A DNA stretch of 64,000 bases from Spirochaetota bacterium (GTDB lineage Bacteria > Spirochaetota > UBA4802 > JAFGDQ01), in assembly GCA_043803405.1 (NCBI GenBank), contig JAZDKB010000018.1:64001-128000 (forward strand). The letters are read 5' to 3'. Below are positions 40,866-51,752 of the stretch, one piece after another. The translations under genes were made by a program, and so were the position numbers. A model generated the notes under the pieces. It worked only from the letters and a program-made list of their open reading frames with translations. It did no database searches and was not told the DNA's origin. The number at the start of each line of letters is the position of its first letter. Within the stretch, counting starts at the first letter, position 1.

Positions 40866-41338
40866 TATTTTTCTTCATTTTTTTGTTTTATAATATTTTG
40901 CAGAAAAATAGAATCTTCTTTATCAATAGGCCTTACAGTATCTTTTTTCATAGCATACAGGGTTTCTGCACTGGCTATTCGAACGCGAAGTCCATTAATT
41001 ACTTTTTCAGTATATTCCAGATCGTCGTATTTAAAAGCTTCCCCAAGACTGCAAAGAATATCTATATAAAATCCATCCGGCGAACCATATCTTATAACAG
41101 GATACTCTTTTAACATTTCCGGATTTATTTCGTTAATGCTTTCATCGGCAAAAACTGATAAAAGTGCGTGTTTAAGGCGGGAAATATTATTATCATCCTG
41201 TTTTATAAACAAGTCAATATCTTCCGTTAGCCTGGGTAATCCATATAGGATTATGGCAAATCCGCCGATTAAAATATATTCAACTTTTTCTTTTTCGAGC
41301 GCTTCCAGAATCTCCATAAACCTGCTGAAATAATCCAT
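40865..41338 (-). CDS. Nucleotidyltransferase-fold protein (TA-like)
   Basis: LIGGFA...PRLTEDIDL, K...RPID..D. Confidence 0.8.
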   Translation of the reverse strand: MDYFSRFMEILEALEKEKVEYILIGGFAIILYGLPRLTEDIDLFIKQDDNNISRLKHALLSVFADESINEINPEMLKEYPVIRYGSPDGFYIDILCSLGEAFKYDDLEYTEKVINGLRVRIASAETLYAMKKDTVRPIDKEDSIFLQNIIKQKNEEK

Positions 41339-41517
41339 ATTTGCTTATATCCCTCTAATCATTGTTATGGTACATTTTCAATAAGAGTCAAGATTATTTT
41401 GCCTTCTCGGTCAAATTAAGGGATTAGTTTTTCTTTTAAATATGAATTTGTTCGTAAGTAATGTGACGGTTTACAATGATTTAATTTATAGGATAATAAT
41501 AAAAATAATGGATAAAT

Positions 41518-42393
41518 TTACAAATTCATTATAATATCCACAAGCTGATCTGCTCCGTTCTCGTCGAAATAATATTCCTGGCAGTTCTGCACTCGCCAGA
41601 ACTGATCCTCAAATTGTCTTGGAACTGGCTCAAAGATCGCCTCTTTGTTAAAATAGATTATTTCCCAGAAGGCATTATATCCGGCACCGCTTACTATAAA
41701 ATCGAATGCGTTAAAGTAGTCTACTATCGGGAAGTAGCTTTTATCCGAATAATTTGTGGAATACAGCATCTGATATTCTGTGTCTGTGAGATAGGAATAT
41801 TTTTTTTTAATCGCTTCGTATTCGCCCGGTTCGCCATTGTATGCAAGAAGGCATACAGAACGTTTATTTTTAATACCTAGTTTTTTTAATGCTTTATCAC
41901 GCGTGAAAATTTCGTCTCTGTTTCTGATGATAAGCGGATTTAATTGCCGCATTTCTACTGTGCTTTTAAATGGTTCTGTTGCAAAAATTAAATCAAAATG
42001 ATCCGGATTAAAGACTAATTTTTGATCCGGAAGAGGAATTGAGAAGTATTTATCGGAAACCTGGCGACAGAGAAGAATTTTTTTACAGTTCAATTCATGG
42101 ATGAAATTGCAGGTCATAAACCAGATAAGATCAAACAGGATAACATCGGGTTTAATTTTTTCCAGTATTTTATAAAGCGAAGATATATGATAATCCTTTT
42201 TTAAAAGTATTTCTTCATTTTCAACCGGGATTTTAAAAAATTTTATTTCATTTGAAAAAAATTCAAAGTCAGAACTGTGTATAATGGAGTAATCACATTG
42301 AATACTTTTTCTCTTAAAAGCATTGGCTATTGCAATGCCGGTAATGACGCGGCCGGAACCGGTAATGCCTGAAGTATAATAGACGATTTTCAC
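41518..42393 (-). CDS. GT-B fold (GT28/UGT-like) protein
   Basis: GSGRV near N-terminus, DFIVSGAGYNAFWE, EDQFWR. Confidence 0.65.
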   Translation of the reverse strand: MKIVYYTSGITGSGRVITGIAIANAFKRKSIQCDYSIIHSSDFEFFSNEIKFFKIPVENEEILLKKDYHISSLYKILEKIKPDVILFDLIWFMTCNFIHELNCKKILLCRQVSDKYFSIPLPDQKLVFNPDHFDLIFATEPFKSTVEMRQLNPLIIRNRDEIFTRDKALKKLGIKNKRSVCLLAYNGEPGEYEAIKKKYSYLTDTEYQMLYSTNYSDKSYFPIVDYFNAFDFIVSGAGYNAFWEIIYFNKEAIFEPVPRQFEDQFWRVQNCQEYYFDENGADQLVDIIMNL

Positions 42394-42396
42394 AAA

Positions 42397-43704
42397 TCAG
42401 CAGACATGATAAAAATCGAACATTCCAACACCTGAGCCATAAATGCCGTAGGTGCCCCAATTTGATCCTGCAATATCATCCATATTGATCAATTTAGAGC
42501 TATTATTACCAAGTGAGGCTTCATCAACAATAGTGATTTTTCTATTTAATATTGCCACGAAATGACTTGCTCCGTAAAAACTTCCTTGAGTTGTACTCAA
42601 TGCGTAAGTCCCATATCCATGTATTAATGCTAAGGTATTCAAATCAAGTTGAAGTATTTGATTGTCAGTGCCTGAGGATGTAAGATTCGCGACGTATAAA
42701 TAGGGTGGTTTTACTAGCACATGCATCGCAGTTTTCATGGTTATAGTATCGTCATTAAAAGTTATTTCGGATTCAGAAGAGGGATTATATTTACTTATCT
42801 GGCTTACCGGAGCTCCTGCTGCGTGATGTGAAATATAGAGTATCCCGTCACTATCAACTGCAAGACCACTAATTGTACCAATCGATGTAAAAGTTAATGG
42901 AGATATCCCAGTTCCATCAAGATTACATCTGTATAGCGCACTTGTGGTAGCATAGTATATATAACTTAAATTTCTGTCAATTGCTATAGCATATACATCG
43001 GGATTACTGTCATTTAATATTAATTCCCAACTATTTGATGTATTATTAATATGATTTAATCTAAACATTTTAGGCGGCCCGGCTGTTGCACCTGGATTAC
43101 ATATATATATCCTTCCATTTGAGTCGAAATCAATATCATACGGGCGGCAATAACTAATACTGCTTGGGCTCGTTAAATTCGAAGCATTTTTTTCAATCCA
43201 TCCGTTTCCATCCATATCATCAATTTGTACAATTCTACTATTCATATAATCAGGAACTATAATTTTCGTCTCATAGAGCCCCATTGTTACAGGAATAGTA
43301 ACTGTTCCGCCGGTTAAGTTGCGCGTTGTTGCTCCGCGTAAAGTAGCACTTGGTGTGTACGCGAGCACTTCGAACGTGCGTGAGTTGCCGGACGGGACTT
43401 CTACAGTAATGGTGTCCGGCAAAGGGAGCGTTGTATAGCTTTGCGTAATAGTATCCATGCCGGAACCGGTAATGTTAAGAGTAAGCGAAGTAATGTTTGA
43501 AGGTGCTGCTTCCGCGTCCTTTGCAAAGAAGCGCAACACGCGGTCGAGAATGGAGCTTTCGGGAGTGTTAAAAGCAGACTTGTTTCCCAATCCGAGATCA
43601 ATAGTGATTGTGACTTTTGAGACGCCTTCGGGGGAACAGCCAAGTAGCGTAAAAGACAATATGAATGCAAAAAGTAATATTCCGAAAATAGATTTGTTTT
43701 TCAT
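42397..43704 (-). CDS. Lipoprotein B: conserved N-domain plus NHL-like propeller
   Basis: LLGC lipobox; paralog of 38310-39677. Confidence 0.75.
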   Translation of the reverse strand: MKNKSIFGILLFAFILSFTLLGCSPEGVSKVTITIDLGLGNKSAFNTPESSILDRVLRFFAKDAEAAPSNITSLTLNITGSGMDTITQSYTTLPLPDTITVEVPSGNSRTFEVLAYTPSATLRGATTRNLTGGTVTIPVTMGLYETKIIVPDYMNSRIVQIDDMDGNGWIEKNASNLTSPSSISYCRPYDIDFDSNGRIYICNPGATAGPPKMFRLNHINNTSNSWELILNDSNPDVYAIAIDRNLSYIYYATTSALYRCNLDGTGISPLTFTSIGTISGLAVDSDGILYISHHAAGAPVSQISKYNPSSESEITFNDDTITMKTAMHVLVKPPYLYVANLTSSGTDNQILQLDLNTLALIHGYGTYALSTTQGSFYGASHFVAILNRKITIVDEASLGNNSSKLINMDDIAGSNWGTYGIYGSGVGMFDFYHVC

Positions 43705-43845
43705 AAAACTACCTCGAGTAATTTTAAAAGGATTTATAGTAAATGCTGTAAATATTCATTTTGGAAGGGAAAGAAGGTCTTTTTAATAATATTAATTATT
43801 TTTATAATATATATTTAATTTCAGTACAAAAATATATCTATAATG

Positions 43846-43862
43846 CATTATTGTCAATAATG
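43846..43862. promoter_or_regulatory. 8-1-8 palindrome over a minus-strand TTGACA upstream of lipoprotein B
   Basis: CATTATTG-T-CAATAATG. Confidence 0.5.
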
Positions 43863-43962
43863 TTGAATAAATAAATATATCAAATTATCTAATGAAAAAG
43901 TCAGTCATCTTGAGTAATTATTATATTGACAGTATATATAAAATAGGTATATTTATTATACT

Positions 43963-44223
43963 ATGGAATTCGAATTCGATTTGAATAAAAGTAATATCAA
44001 TAAACAAAAGCACGGCATTAATTTTATCGAAGCGCAAGTACTTTGGGATGATCCTGATTTAATGGAAATACCTGTAAAAACAAGCGATGAGCAAAGATTT
44101 TTAGTTATCGGCCGGATTGCGGATAAAATATGGTCAGGAGTAATTACTTACAGGAACGAAAACATCAGGATTATTTCTATACGGAGAGCAAGAAAAGAAG
44201 AGGTTGATATATATGAAAGCTAA
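43963..44223 (+). CDS. brnT: BrnT family toxin
   Basis: KSNINKQKHGINF, RIISIRRARKEE. Confidence 0.9.
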   Translation: MEFEFDLNKSNINKQKHGINFIEAQVLWDDPDLMEIPVKTSDEQRFLVIGRIADKIWSGVITYRNENIRIISIRRARKEEVDIYES

Positions 44224-44437
44224 AGAATTTGATAAATTATTTGATGAAAATCAGGATATTTCTCAATATCTTGATAAATCAAAAGCAAGAAGGCCGGAGC
44301 AGGAACAAAAAAGAGTAAACGTGGATTTCCCGATCTGGATGATACATCAGCTGGATAAAGAGGCAAAGAGGCTTGGGGTACCGCGTCAATCTATTATTAA
44401 AGTCTGGGTGGCTGAACGCCTCGAAAATAAAACTTAA
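44213..44437 (+). CDS. brnA: BrnA/CopG family antitoxin
   Basis: MKAKEFDKLFD...KRVNVDFPIWM...RQSIIKVW. Confidence 0.88.
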   Translation: MKAKEFDKLFDENQDISQYLDKSKARRPEQEQKRVNVDFPIWMIHQLDKEAKRLGVPRQSIIKVWVAERLENKT

Positions 44438-44464
44438 TTCCGCGCTTTTTTGTAATTGTTAAAT

Positions 44465-44890
44465 ATGAGAGAAGAAATAATTACACATTCCGAACAGGAA
44501 ACATTCGATTGGGCAATGAGGCTTGGAATGTCGGCCGGGACTGGAAGCGTATTTGCGCTTTGCGGAGAGTTGGGCACTGGCAAAACTATAATCGCAAAGG
44601 GAATAGCCAAAGGCCTCGGCATTGACGAGGATATAACAAGCCCGACTTTTTTAATGATGGAAGTGTACGAAGGAAAATTAAAGCTTTATCATTTTGATTT
44701 ATACAGGATTGATGATGCTGAAGAGCTGAATGAGCTGAATTTTGAGGAATACTGGGACGGAGATGGCGTGTCGGTGATCGAATGGGCGGAAAAAGCAGCT
44801 GAAAAGATTCCGGCAAACGCGATTAAAATAAAGCTGGAATGGATTAGCGGCGCAGAAAGGAGAATTAACATTGAATATCCTGGTAATTGA
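44465..44890 (+). CDS. tsaE: t6A biosynthesis ATPase TsaE
   Basis: GELGTGKT, SPTF, HFDLYR, IEWAE. Confidence 0.95.
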   Translation: MREEIITHSEQETFDWAMRLGMSAGTGSVFALCGELGTGKTIIAKGIAKGLGIDEDITSPTFLMMEVYEGKLKLYHFDLYRIDDAEELNELNFEEYWDGDGVSVIEWAEKAAEKIPANAIKIKLEWISGAERRINIEYPGN

Positions 44891-45590
44891 TACAGCGACA
44901 TCTGTCGAAATAACCGCAGCATCGAACGGCAGCCTGGTTTCGGATCAAACAAGAACAGTAACAGAGTCTCATTCTGTGACTCTTTTCGACAGCATTGATT
45001 TGGCCTTAAAGGGAGCAGGCCTGGTAGTTAAGGATCTGGATTTGATCGCTGCTGGCATTGGCCCGGGTTCGTTTACAGGCATAAGAATTGCTGTCACAAC
45101 AGCGCGGATGTTTGCCCAGCTGTTCGGCTTGCCGCTGGCAGGCATTAAGACGCATCTAATGTATGCTGTCTCAGCCGGGGGCAGCCTAAATGCCGGAGAA
45201 AATATCCTGATCGCTTTTGATGCAAAGAAAAGCAGGGTTTTCGGCGCTCTTTATGCAAAATCGGGAAACGAACTGGAACCTGTTGAAATTATCCAACCAG
45301 GTGATTATCATATTGAATATTTATTAAAGCATATAAATACAAAAGAAAAAACCGTGCTTATTGGAGACGGTTGTGAAAAATATTATTCTGAGATCAAATC
45401 CGGAATTCAAAACCAGGAATTATTAGCGGATTATAAACCGTCGGGAAAAATGATATGCAGGCTTGTTGAAAAAATATATTCAGGGAACCCGGATAACAAT
45501 GATCTGAATAAAGTATTGCCTTTTTACGCGAGAAAAACAGATGCAGAGATTGTGAAGGAATCGTCAAAAAGCAGAGAGGGAATACTATAA
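44871..45590 (+). CDS. tsaB: t6A biosynthesis protein TsaB
   Basis: IDTAT, GPGSFTGIRI. Confidence 0.95.
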   Translation: MNILVIDTATSVEITAASNGSLVSDQTRTVTESHSVTLFDSIDLALKGAGLVVKDLDLIAAGIGPGSFTGIRIAVTTARMFAQLFGLPLAGIKTHLMYAVSAGGSLNAGENILIAFDAKKSRVFGALYAKSGNELEPVEIIQPGDYHIEYLLKHINTKEKTVLIGDGCEKYYSEIKSGIQNQELLADYKPSGKMICRLVEKIYSGNPDNNDLNKVLPFYARKTDAEIVKESSKSREGIL

Positions 45591-45603
45591 TAACATTAGA
45601 AAA

Positions 45604-46779
45604 TTATTTTTTACTCGATTTATATTCTCTCATCAGCATGTTTTTATAATCTTTTATCATGGGATCAATCATTGAATAAAATCTCTTCATTTCGTCTGCT
45701 CTTGAAGAATTGCCTGCGAAGTCCACTCCGACAAATAAATCGTCATCATTGTCTGTATAAGTGCTTTTAATTTCCCCGTAAATAGTAATGGGCGCCTGCA
45801 GCTTAAATACGATATCGAAAACAAATCCTTTAACTTTTGAAATATATTTTTTAAGATTTTTGTCTGTTACTCTTAATTTTGCGCCTGTTTTACTGATATC
45901 AATAATTTCCTGATGGACCTGGATTAAAATGGTATTGGCATCCCTTATCCTGTCTATCAGCTTAAAAATAAGATCCTTTAACTCAAGGAGTTTATCAATA
46001 GTAAAGAGACGGGTTTTCGATATTAACTGAATATAAGCGAATGGGACAGAGTGCTCGGAATTGGTCAGATAAATAACAGGGGAAATTATTATGGATTTAT
46101 ATCCCTTTTCGATATTTTTTTTAACATAATTCTCCATATCAGCGCCAAGTAATTTAGGCAAATCCACAAAATCATCGCTCAATGCTCTGTGTGTTTCCGG
46201 ATTCGAAATGTCCTCAATATACAATGTTTCACTTGTTTTTTTTATATGTCTTAAAATAACATCGTCGTTGTTAAGTATATCTACTTTGACAATATCGCTT
46301 AACCGTGAATTCTGGGACTGGAATTGATCGAGTAAAACTTTAATTGTCGTCGGTATGTTGTAACCCGAAATATCGATTGTTTGTTTTGATATTTTAAAGT
46401 TTGTGGCGACAACCTTTTCCTGGGATACTTTAAACCGGATTTCTTTTCTGATAGATTCAGCTCTTTTTAGCTTTTTTATACCGCATTTAAAATACCCAGG
46501 TCCTCTTACTTCCTCAACAATAAGATCGATCTCGATATATTTATCCAGCAATCCGTATAAGGAAAACTGGGAATCGGGATGAAATTCCGGATGCGTTACA
46601 ACCATTAAGGTTCCATCATCCAGAAATTCATTTATTTTTACTTCGCCATAATCGGGTGCGGCTTTTATAAGCAGCGGTTTGTCATATAAAAATGACTTAA
46701 TAAAAGCAAAGATCTCTTCTTTTGACTCTATCTCAAGGTCATTGAATGATCTTTCTTTTCTTTGTTTAACGTTTAACAC
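45604..46779 (-). CDS. DUF1577-like protein with PilZ-like motifs
   Basis: RKEIR and DISKTGAKL motifs; resembles Leptospira DUF1577 proteins as recalled, not searched. Confidence 0.6.
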   Translation of the reverse strand: MLNVKQRKERSFNDLEIESKEEIFAFIKSFLYDKPLLIKAAPDYGEVKINEFLDDGTLMVVTHPEFHPDSQFSLYGLLDKYIEIDLIVEEVRGPGYFKCGIKKLKRAESIRKEIRFKVSQEKVVATNFKISKQTIDISGYNIPTTIKVLLDQFQSQNSRLSDIVKVDILNNDDVILRHIKKTSETLYIEDISNPETHRALSDDFVDLPKLLGADMENYVKKNIEKGYKSIIISPVIYLTNSEHSVPFAYIQLISKTRLFTIDKLLELKDLIFKLIDRIRDANTILIQVHQEIIDISKTGAKLRVTDKNLKKYISKVKGFVFDIVFKLQAPITIYGEIKSTYTDNDDDLFVGVDFAGNSSRADEMKRFYSMIDPMIKDYKNMLMREYKSSKK

Positions 46780-47136
46780 GTGATTTGTCCGTTTTTGTTT
46801 TTTAAAATTAAGTTTAATATACTATTGCTGATAAGAGAAGGAAAAGGACAATATATGGATATATTCGGCATTTTGCGCGGTTAATTGTAAAAATATTTAT
46901 AAGAGCTGTCTAATAATTATTTATGCCATGGGGTATAAAAAGATGATTTCTGTTCCCTGTTCTACTATAGCTATTATGCTGCAATGTTTTATCATACTTA
47001 TAGAACTAGATTCTAACGATAAGGAATAGAGCGGATTATTTTGTCATCTCCCGCACTAGATAATATAAACTTGCGGCAAATTAAATTATTTTCTTTAGAC
47101 AGCCCTTATAAAAATAAATATAGGAGCAATCCCGGT

Positions 47137-47310
47137 TTACTTCTTTTTCGATGGAGCTTTTTTCTGCTGAGCGGCTTTTTTTGACGCAATGGACTTGTCA
47201 ATTTGCGAAACAAGCGCTTTCTCGGCTTTTAATTCAGACTCCAGCTTTTTCACTTTTTCTTTTTTTCTTTTTTGATCAGCAAGTAATTGTTTTAACGATT
47301 TTTCACCCAT
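47137..47310 (-). CDS. Small basic coiled-coil protein
   Basis: Lys-rich ORF with GAGGTG RBS before ATG 47310. Confidence 0.5.
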   Translation of the reverse strand: MGEKSLKQLLADQKRKKEKVKKLESELKAEKALVSQIDKSIASKKAAQQKKAPSKKK

Positions 47311-47546
47311 AAGTAATCTCACCTCTGTTTTTTATTTGTATGGCCCGTGTATATCCAAAATGATATATTAGTATTGAATATACTTTAAATTGTAGCCATT
47401 TGAGACCAACTAGCTGTTTATCAGTTAAGAGCTTACCAATTATAAACTATTAAATTATTAGCGCAAGTAAAAAATTAATTATGAAGGTTTTGATGTAAGA
47501 TTATCTGATGAGTATTGCGGTTTGCTGACACTTTGATTGTACCGGA

Positions 47547-48389
47547 TCAGATAAATTTCATTGACAGATCAAATGATTTTACGGAATGAGTAAGGGCGCC
47601 TATTGAAACAAAGTCTATTTTTAAGGCTGATATTTCTTTTAATCTGTCTTTTGTGATATTTCCCGATATTTCTATTTTGGGTTTTCCGTTTATACTGCCG
47701 ATCGCTTTTTTCATAAGGTCAGTGTTCATATTATCAAGCATTATGATGTCAACTTTGCACCGTGAAGCTTCCGCGGCTTCTTCGGGCGTCTTTACCTCGA
47801 CTTCTACCTTGTATTTCTTCCCGTACTTTTCACGAACGCGCGAAACAGCTTTGGTGATGCTACCGGCTGCCTGTATATGATTATCTTTTATCAGGATCAT
47901 ATCAAACAGGCCTATCCTGTGGTTTTTACCACCACCGCACTTAACTGAATATTTATCGAGCAGGCGAAGCCCGGGCGAAGTCTTCCTTGTGTCCAGCACG
48001 CTTATGTTGGTTTTTTGCAATTGGGATGCGATTTTCTCGGTTTCCGTGGCAATACCGCTCATTCTCTGTATAAAATTAAGACATGTCCGCTCTCCGGTCA
48101 GCAGGCTTTTTGTGCGGCCTTTTATCTTAATGACTTTTTCTCCTTTGCTGACTTCTTTCCCGTCTTTTTTCTGAATAGTTATTTTCACAGAAGGATCAAT
48201 CTCGGCAAAGACCATCTTAACAACATCTCCGCCGCAGAAAATGCCGTCTTCTTTTGCTATTATAACAGCTTCTGATTCGTCATTGCCGTTGAAAATGGCG
48301 TTTGTTGTAATATCGCCGTTGCCGATATCTTCTTTTAATGCCAGAATTATTATAGGCCGGATGTCGTTTTCCTTAAGAAAGCTTCTCAT
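47547..48389 (-). CDS. nadC: Quinolinate phosphoribosyltransferase
   Basis: DTRKT, NHR.GL.D, LIKDNH, MLDNM. Confidence 0.96.
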   Translation of the reverse strand: MRSFLKENDIRPIIILALKEDIGNGDITTNAIFNGNDESEAVIIAKEDGIFCGGDVVKMVFAEIDPSVKITIQKKDGKEVSKGEKVIKIKGRTKSLLTGERTCLNFIQRMSGIATETEKIASQLQKTNISVLDTRKTSPGLRLLDKYSVKCGGGKNHRIGLFDMILIKDNHIQAAGSITKAVSRVREKYGKKYKVEVEVKTPEEAAEASRCKVDIIMLDNMNTDLMKKAIGSINGKPKIEISGNITKDRLKEISALKIDFVSIGALTHSVKSFDLSMKFI

Positions 48390-50395
48390 TATTTTTTTGT
48401 CCTTTCCAGTAATGTGATTTTATTTTCGGTTTCGATCATCTGGTCTCTCAGTACAGCGGCTTTTTCAAAGTCCAGGTTTTCCGCAGCTTTAAGCATGTTC
48501 TCTTTTAAAATATCCCTTAGTTTTTTCAGCTTTTCAGGGCTTTTTGAACCGTAATCTTTCCTGTATTCTTCGATATATGAAACATATACTTCGTCTGTTT
48601 TATATTCTCTTTCTATTATATCAAATATTTCTTTTACAATTGAACTCGGGATGATATTGTGTTTTTTATTATAATCGTCCTGAATTTTGCGTCTGCGATT
48701 CGTTTCCCTGATTGCAGCTTCCATGGATTTTGTCATTTTATCCGCATACATAATGACTTTGCCGTTGATGTTGCGCGCTGCCCTGCCTGCGGTCTGAATA
48801 AGCGAGCGTTCTGCTCTTAAGAATCCTTCTTTATCTGCGTCGAGTATAGCTACCAGAGATACCTCCGGGATGTCAAGCCCTTCTCGTAAAAGATTTATGC
48901 CTATGAGGCAATCGAATTCGCCTTTACGCAGATCGCGTATAAGCTCGACGCGTTCTATGGTTTCGATCTCGGAGTGTAGATACTTTGCCTTTATGCCGAT
49001 TTCGTCAAAGTATTTGCTCAGATCCTCGGACATCTTCTTAGTGAGCGTTGTAACAAGCACGCGTTCTCCTGCTTCGGCGCGCTTTCGGACTTCCGAGATA
49101 AGATCGTCAACCTGGTTCTGCGCAGGCCGAACCTCTATAGGCGGGTCAAGAAGCCCGGTTGGCCGTATTATCTGTTCAACTATCTGTTTGCTTACATTTA
49201 GTTCGTAATCCTGCGGGGTTGCGGATACGAATATTACGTTGTGCATTATACTTTCGAACTCTTCAAAATATAGCGGCCGGTTGTCCAGAGCGGACGGAAG
49301 CCTGAATCCGTAATCGACCAGGTTCTGCTTGCGCGATCTGTCGCCGTGATACATGCCGCGCACCTGGGGGATAGTTACGTGCGATTCGTCTATCAGCGTG
49401 AGGAACGGCTCCTTAAAGTAATCGAAAAGGCAGGCGGGACGTTCGCCTGGTTTTCTGCCTGCTATTATTCTCGAGTAATTTTCAATGCCGCTTGTGTATC
49501 CCATCTCAAGCATCATTTCAATATCGTACTTAACCCTGCTTTCAAGCCTTTGGGCTTCCAGAAGCTTTCCCTGATTTTTAAAGAATTCCAGCCTGTCCTT
49601 AAGCTCTGTTTCAATATCATTCACAATATTTTTCATGCGTTCCTGCGACGAAACAAAGTGCTTCGCAGGATAAATAAATGCGCTTTCGAGTTTCTGCTTT
49701 ATTTTACCAGTCAAAGGATCAATACTGCTTATTTTTTCAATTTCGTCGCCGAAAAATTCTATTCTGAACGCATCCTGCAAATAAGCCGGAAAAACCTCGA
49801 CAATGTCGCCTTTAACCCGGAATGTACCACGCACGAATGAAATGTCGTTTCTCTCATAGTATATAGCGACAAGTTTTCTCAACAGCTCGTCCCTGTCGAT
49901 TGTATCACCGATTTTCACGCGCACCTGCATGGATTCGAATTCTTCCGGGGTGCCCAGGCCGTATATACAGGAAACGGACGAGACTATTATAACGTCTTTC
50001 CTGTCGAGTATGGAAGATGTTGCCTTGAGACGCAGCCTGTCGATTTCGTCGTTGATGGATGAATCTTTCTCTATGTACAGGTCCTGGGATGCAACATAAG
50101 CCTCGGGCTGGTAGTAATCGTAATACGAGACAAAGTACTCTACCGCGTTTTCGGGAAAGAACTGGCTGAATTCGCTGTACAGCTGTGCTGCGAGAGTCTT
50201 GTTGTGGGTAAGCACGAGCGCCGGCCTCTGCACGCTTTCTATAACCTTTGCCATTGTGTATGTTTTGCCCGACCCGGTTACACCAAGCAAAGTCTGGAAC
50301 TTCATGCCGGACTTTACTCCGTCAGCCAATAGCTTTATCGCCTTTTCCTGGTCATCCGAAGGCTTGAAATTAGATATTAATTTGAATTGAGGCAT
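48389..50395 (-). CDS. uvrB: Excinuclease ABC subunit B
   Basis: [25 protein letters not shown] domain. Confidence 0.98.
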   Translation of the reverse strand: MPQFKLISNFKPSDDQEKAIKLLADGVKSGMKFQTLLGVTGSGKTYTMAKVIESVQRPALVLTHNKTLAAQLYSEFSQFFPENAVEYFVSYYDYYQPEAYVASQDLYIEKDSSINDEIDRLRLKATSSILDRKDVIIVSSVSCIYGLGTPEEFESMQVRVKIGDTIDRDELLRKLVAIYYERNDISFVRGTFRVKGDIVEVFPAYLQDAFRIEFFGDEIEKISSIDPLTGKIKQKLESAFIYPAKHFVSSQERMKNIVNDIETELKDRLEFFKNQGKLLEAQRLESRVKYDIEMMLEMGYTSGIENYSRIIAGRKPGERPACLFDYFKEPFLTLIDESHVTIPQVRGMYHGDRSRKQNLVDYGFRLPSALDNRPLYFEEFESIMHNVIFVSATPQDYELNVSKQIVEQIIRPTGLLDPPIEVRPAQNQVDDLISEVRKRAEAGERVLVTTLTKKMSEDLSKYFDEIGIKAKYLHSEIETIERVELIRDLRKGEFDCLIGINLLREGLDIPEVSLVAILDADKEGFLRAERSLIQTAGRAARNINGKVIMYADKMTKSMEAAIRETNRRRKIQDDYNKKHNIIPSSIVKEIFDIIEREYKTDEVYVSYIEEYRKDYGSKSPEKLKKLRDILKENMLKAAENLDFEKAAVLRDQMIETENKITLLERTKK

Positions 50396-50435
50396 ATATA
50401 TAAAAAAAGAGATGGAGCACCGATAAAATATTATT

Positions 50436-50963
50436 TTACTTTTTTAAAAACGGGATTACCATAGGCACCCGGTTTTTATATTGAACAAATTCGTCGCCGA
50501 AATCTTCAGCCAGTCTTTTTTCTTCAGAATTCTTTAAGTATCTTCCCGTAATAACCGCAAGCAATATTAAAGCAAAAATACTTGTTATTGAATTAAGATA
50601 AATTGCATACGCGAAATAGCACAGGAACGAGCCGAAGACCATTGGATTCCTTGTGTAACCGTACGGGCCTGTAATTACAAGGTGTTTTGTCCTTGGACTT
50701 ATTGTGAGTCCGAACAAATCGGCAGGCCCGCCTTTCCCTTTGGCTAAAAGAAACAGATTTGACCATAAAACAAAAAACAGGCCGATAATAAGCAGCAATC
50801 CGGGAATTATATGTATAAAGAAATAGTTATCCGGTATGCTGAACGGTATAACATCTTTTGTATTTATTGTAATTAAATATATATCGCAGGGAATCATAAA
50901 TACAAAAATAATTATACCTAAAAAATATCCAAGTATATGCCGTAAAATTGCCTTAACTTTCAT
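50436..50963 (-). CDS. ICMT/PEMT family membrane methyltransferase
   Basis: [15 protein letters not shown]...FG. Confidence 0.85.
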   Translation of the reverse strand: MKVKAILRHILGYFLGIIIFVFMIPCDIYLITINTKDVIPFSIPDNYFFIHIIPGLLLIIGLFFVLWSNLFLLAKGKGGPADLFGLTISPRTKHLVITGPYGYTRNPMVFGSFLCYFAYAIYLNSITSIFALILLAVITGRYLKNSEEKRLAEDFGDEFVQYKNRVPMVIPFLKK

Positions 50964-50997
50964 TTCTTTCTCCTATAAAATTAATTAATTTTTTATG

Positions 50998-51264
50998 TCA
51001 TTCATAATGAGTCCACAAGCGTATTATTTTAATAATTCTTTCTTCTTTATAAACCTGATAAACAATCCTATACTGAATGTTTAATCTTCTTGAGTAAGCC
51101 CCTGTCAGGTCTCCTGCAAGCTTTTCAAAAGGCGGGAATGACTGAAACGGATCTTTTCCCAGTAGAGTCAGTATGTCGATCGTTTTTTCTTTTAAGCCGG
51201 ATTGATTTAGTTTTTTTGCATCTTTTTGAGCTTGTCTGGTATAAACTAGTTTGTATTTTACCAT
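50998..51264 (-). CDS. yoeB: Txe/YoeB toxin
   Basis: EKLAGDLTGAYSRR, WTHYE. Confidence 0.92.
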   Translation of the reverse strand: MVKYKLVYTRQAQKDAKKLNQSGLKEKTIDILTLLGKDPFQSFPPFEKLAGDLTGAYSRRLNIQYRIVYQVYKEERIIKIIRLWTHYE

Positions 51265-51500
51265 TCAATCTTCTCAGAACATTCGGAAAGAGGCGTTTTT
51301 GATCCTTTTATTATTGATTCCCTCATTTTTGGGATTGAAATCAAGTATAATGTTTCCTGAATTGAATTCCAGTCCGATTCTGAAATCAGTATTGCATTTG
51401 CTCGCTTACCAGTTATCTGAACCGGTTCGTGCAGTTCCTTAGTTTCATCAATTAAATGATATAATTTTTCGCGTGCTTTTGTTGCTGATATTGTTTTCAT
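51258..51500 (-). CDS. yefM: Phd/YefM antitoxin
   Basis: ATKAREKLY, WNSIQETLYL. Confidence 0.92.
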   Translation of the reverse strand: MKTISATKAREKLYHLIDETKELHEPVQITGKRANAILISESDWNSIQETLYLISIPKMRESIIKGSKTPLSECSEKIEW

Positions 51501-51520
51501 AATTTTAGCGTATTCGAAAT

Positions 51521-51540
51521 ACGTACCGTACGTTATAACG
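51521..51540. promoter_or_regulatory. Putative yefM-yoeB operator palindromes
   Basis: ACGTAC-C-GTACGT overlapping CGTTATAACG, next to a minus-strand TTGACG. Confidence 0.55.
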
Positions 51541-51752
51541 AACGTCAATCTATTTTTTATTAGGCTGAGAAAATACAATCAACTCATTTTTAAATAATTG
51601 TCTTCCTCAATATAAAAATAGCCGTTTTGAGACTGTACTATATAAAATATTCTGCTATTATCCAAAGGATTATTGTTTTTCCGATAAAAATAAGTTGAAT
51701 GAAAATATTAATTTAGTTATTATTTATTAAATTTTATCAGGAGGATCGGATT

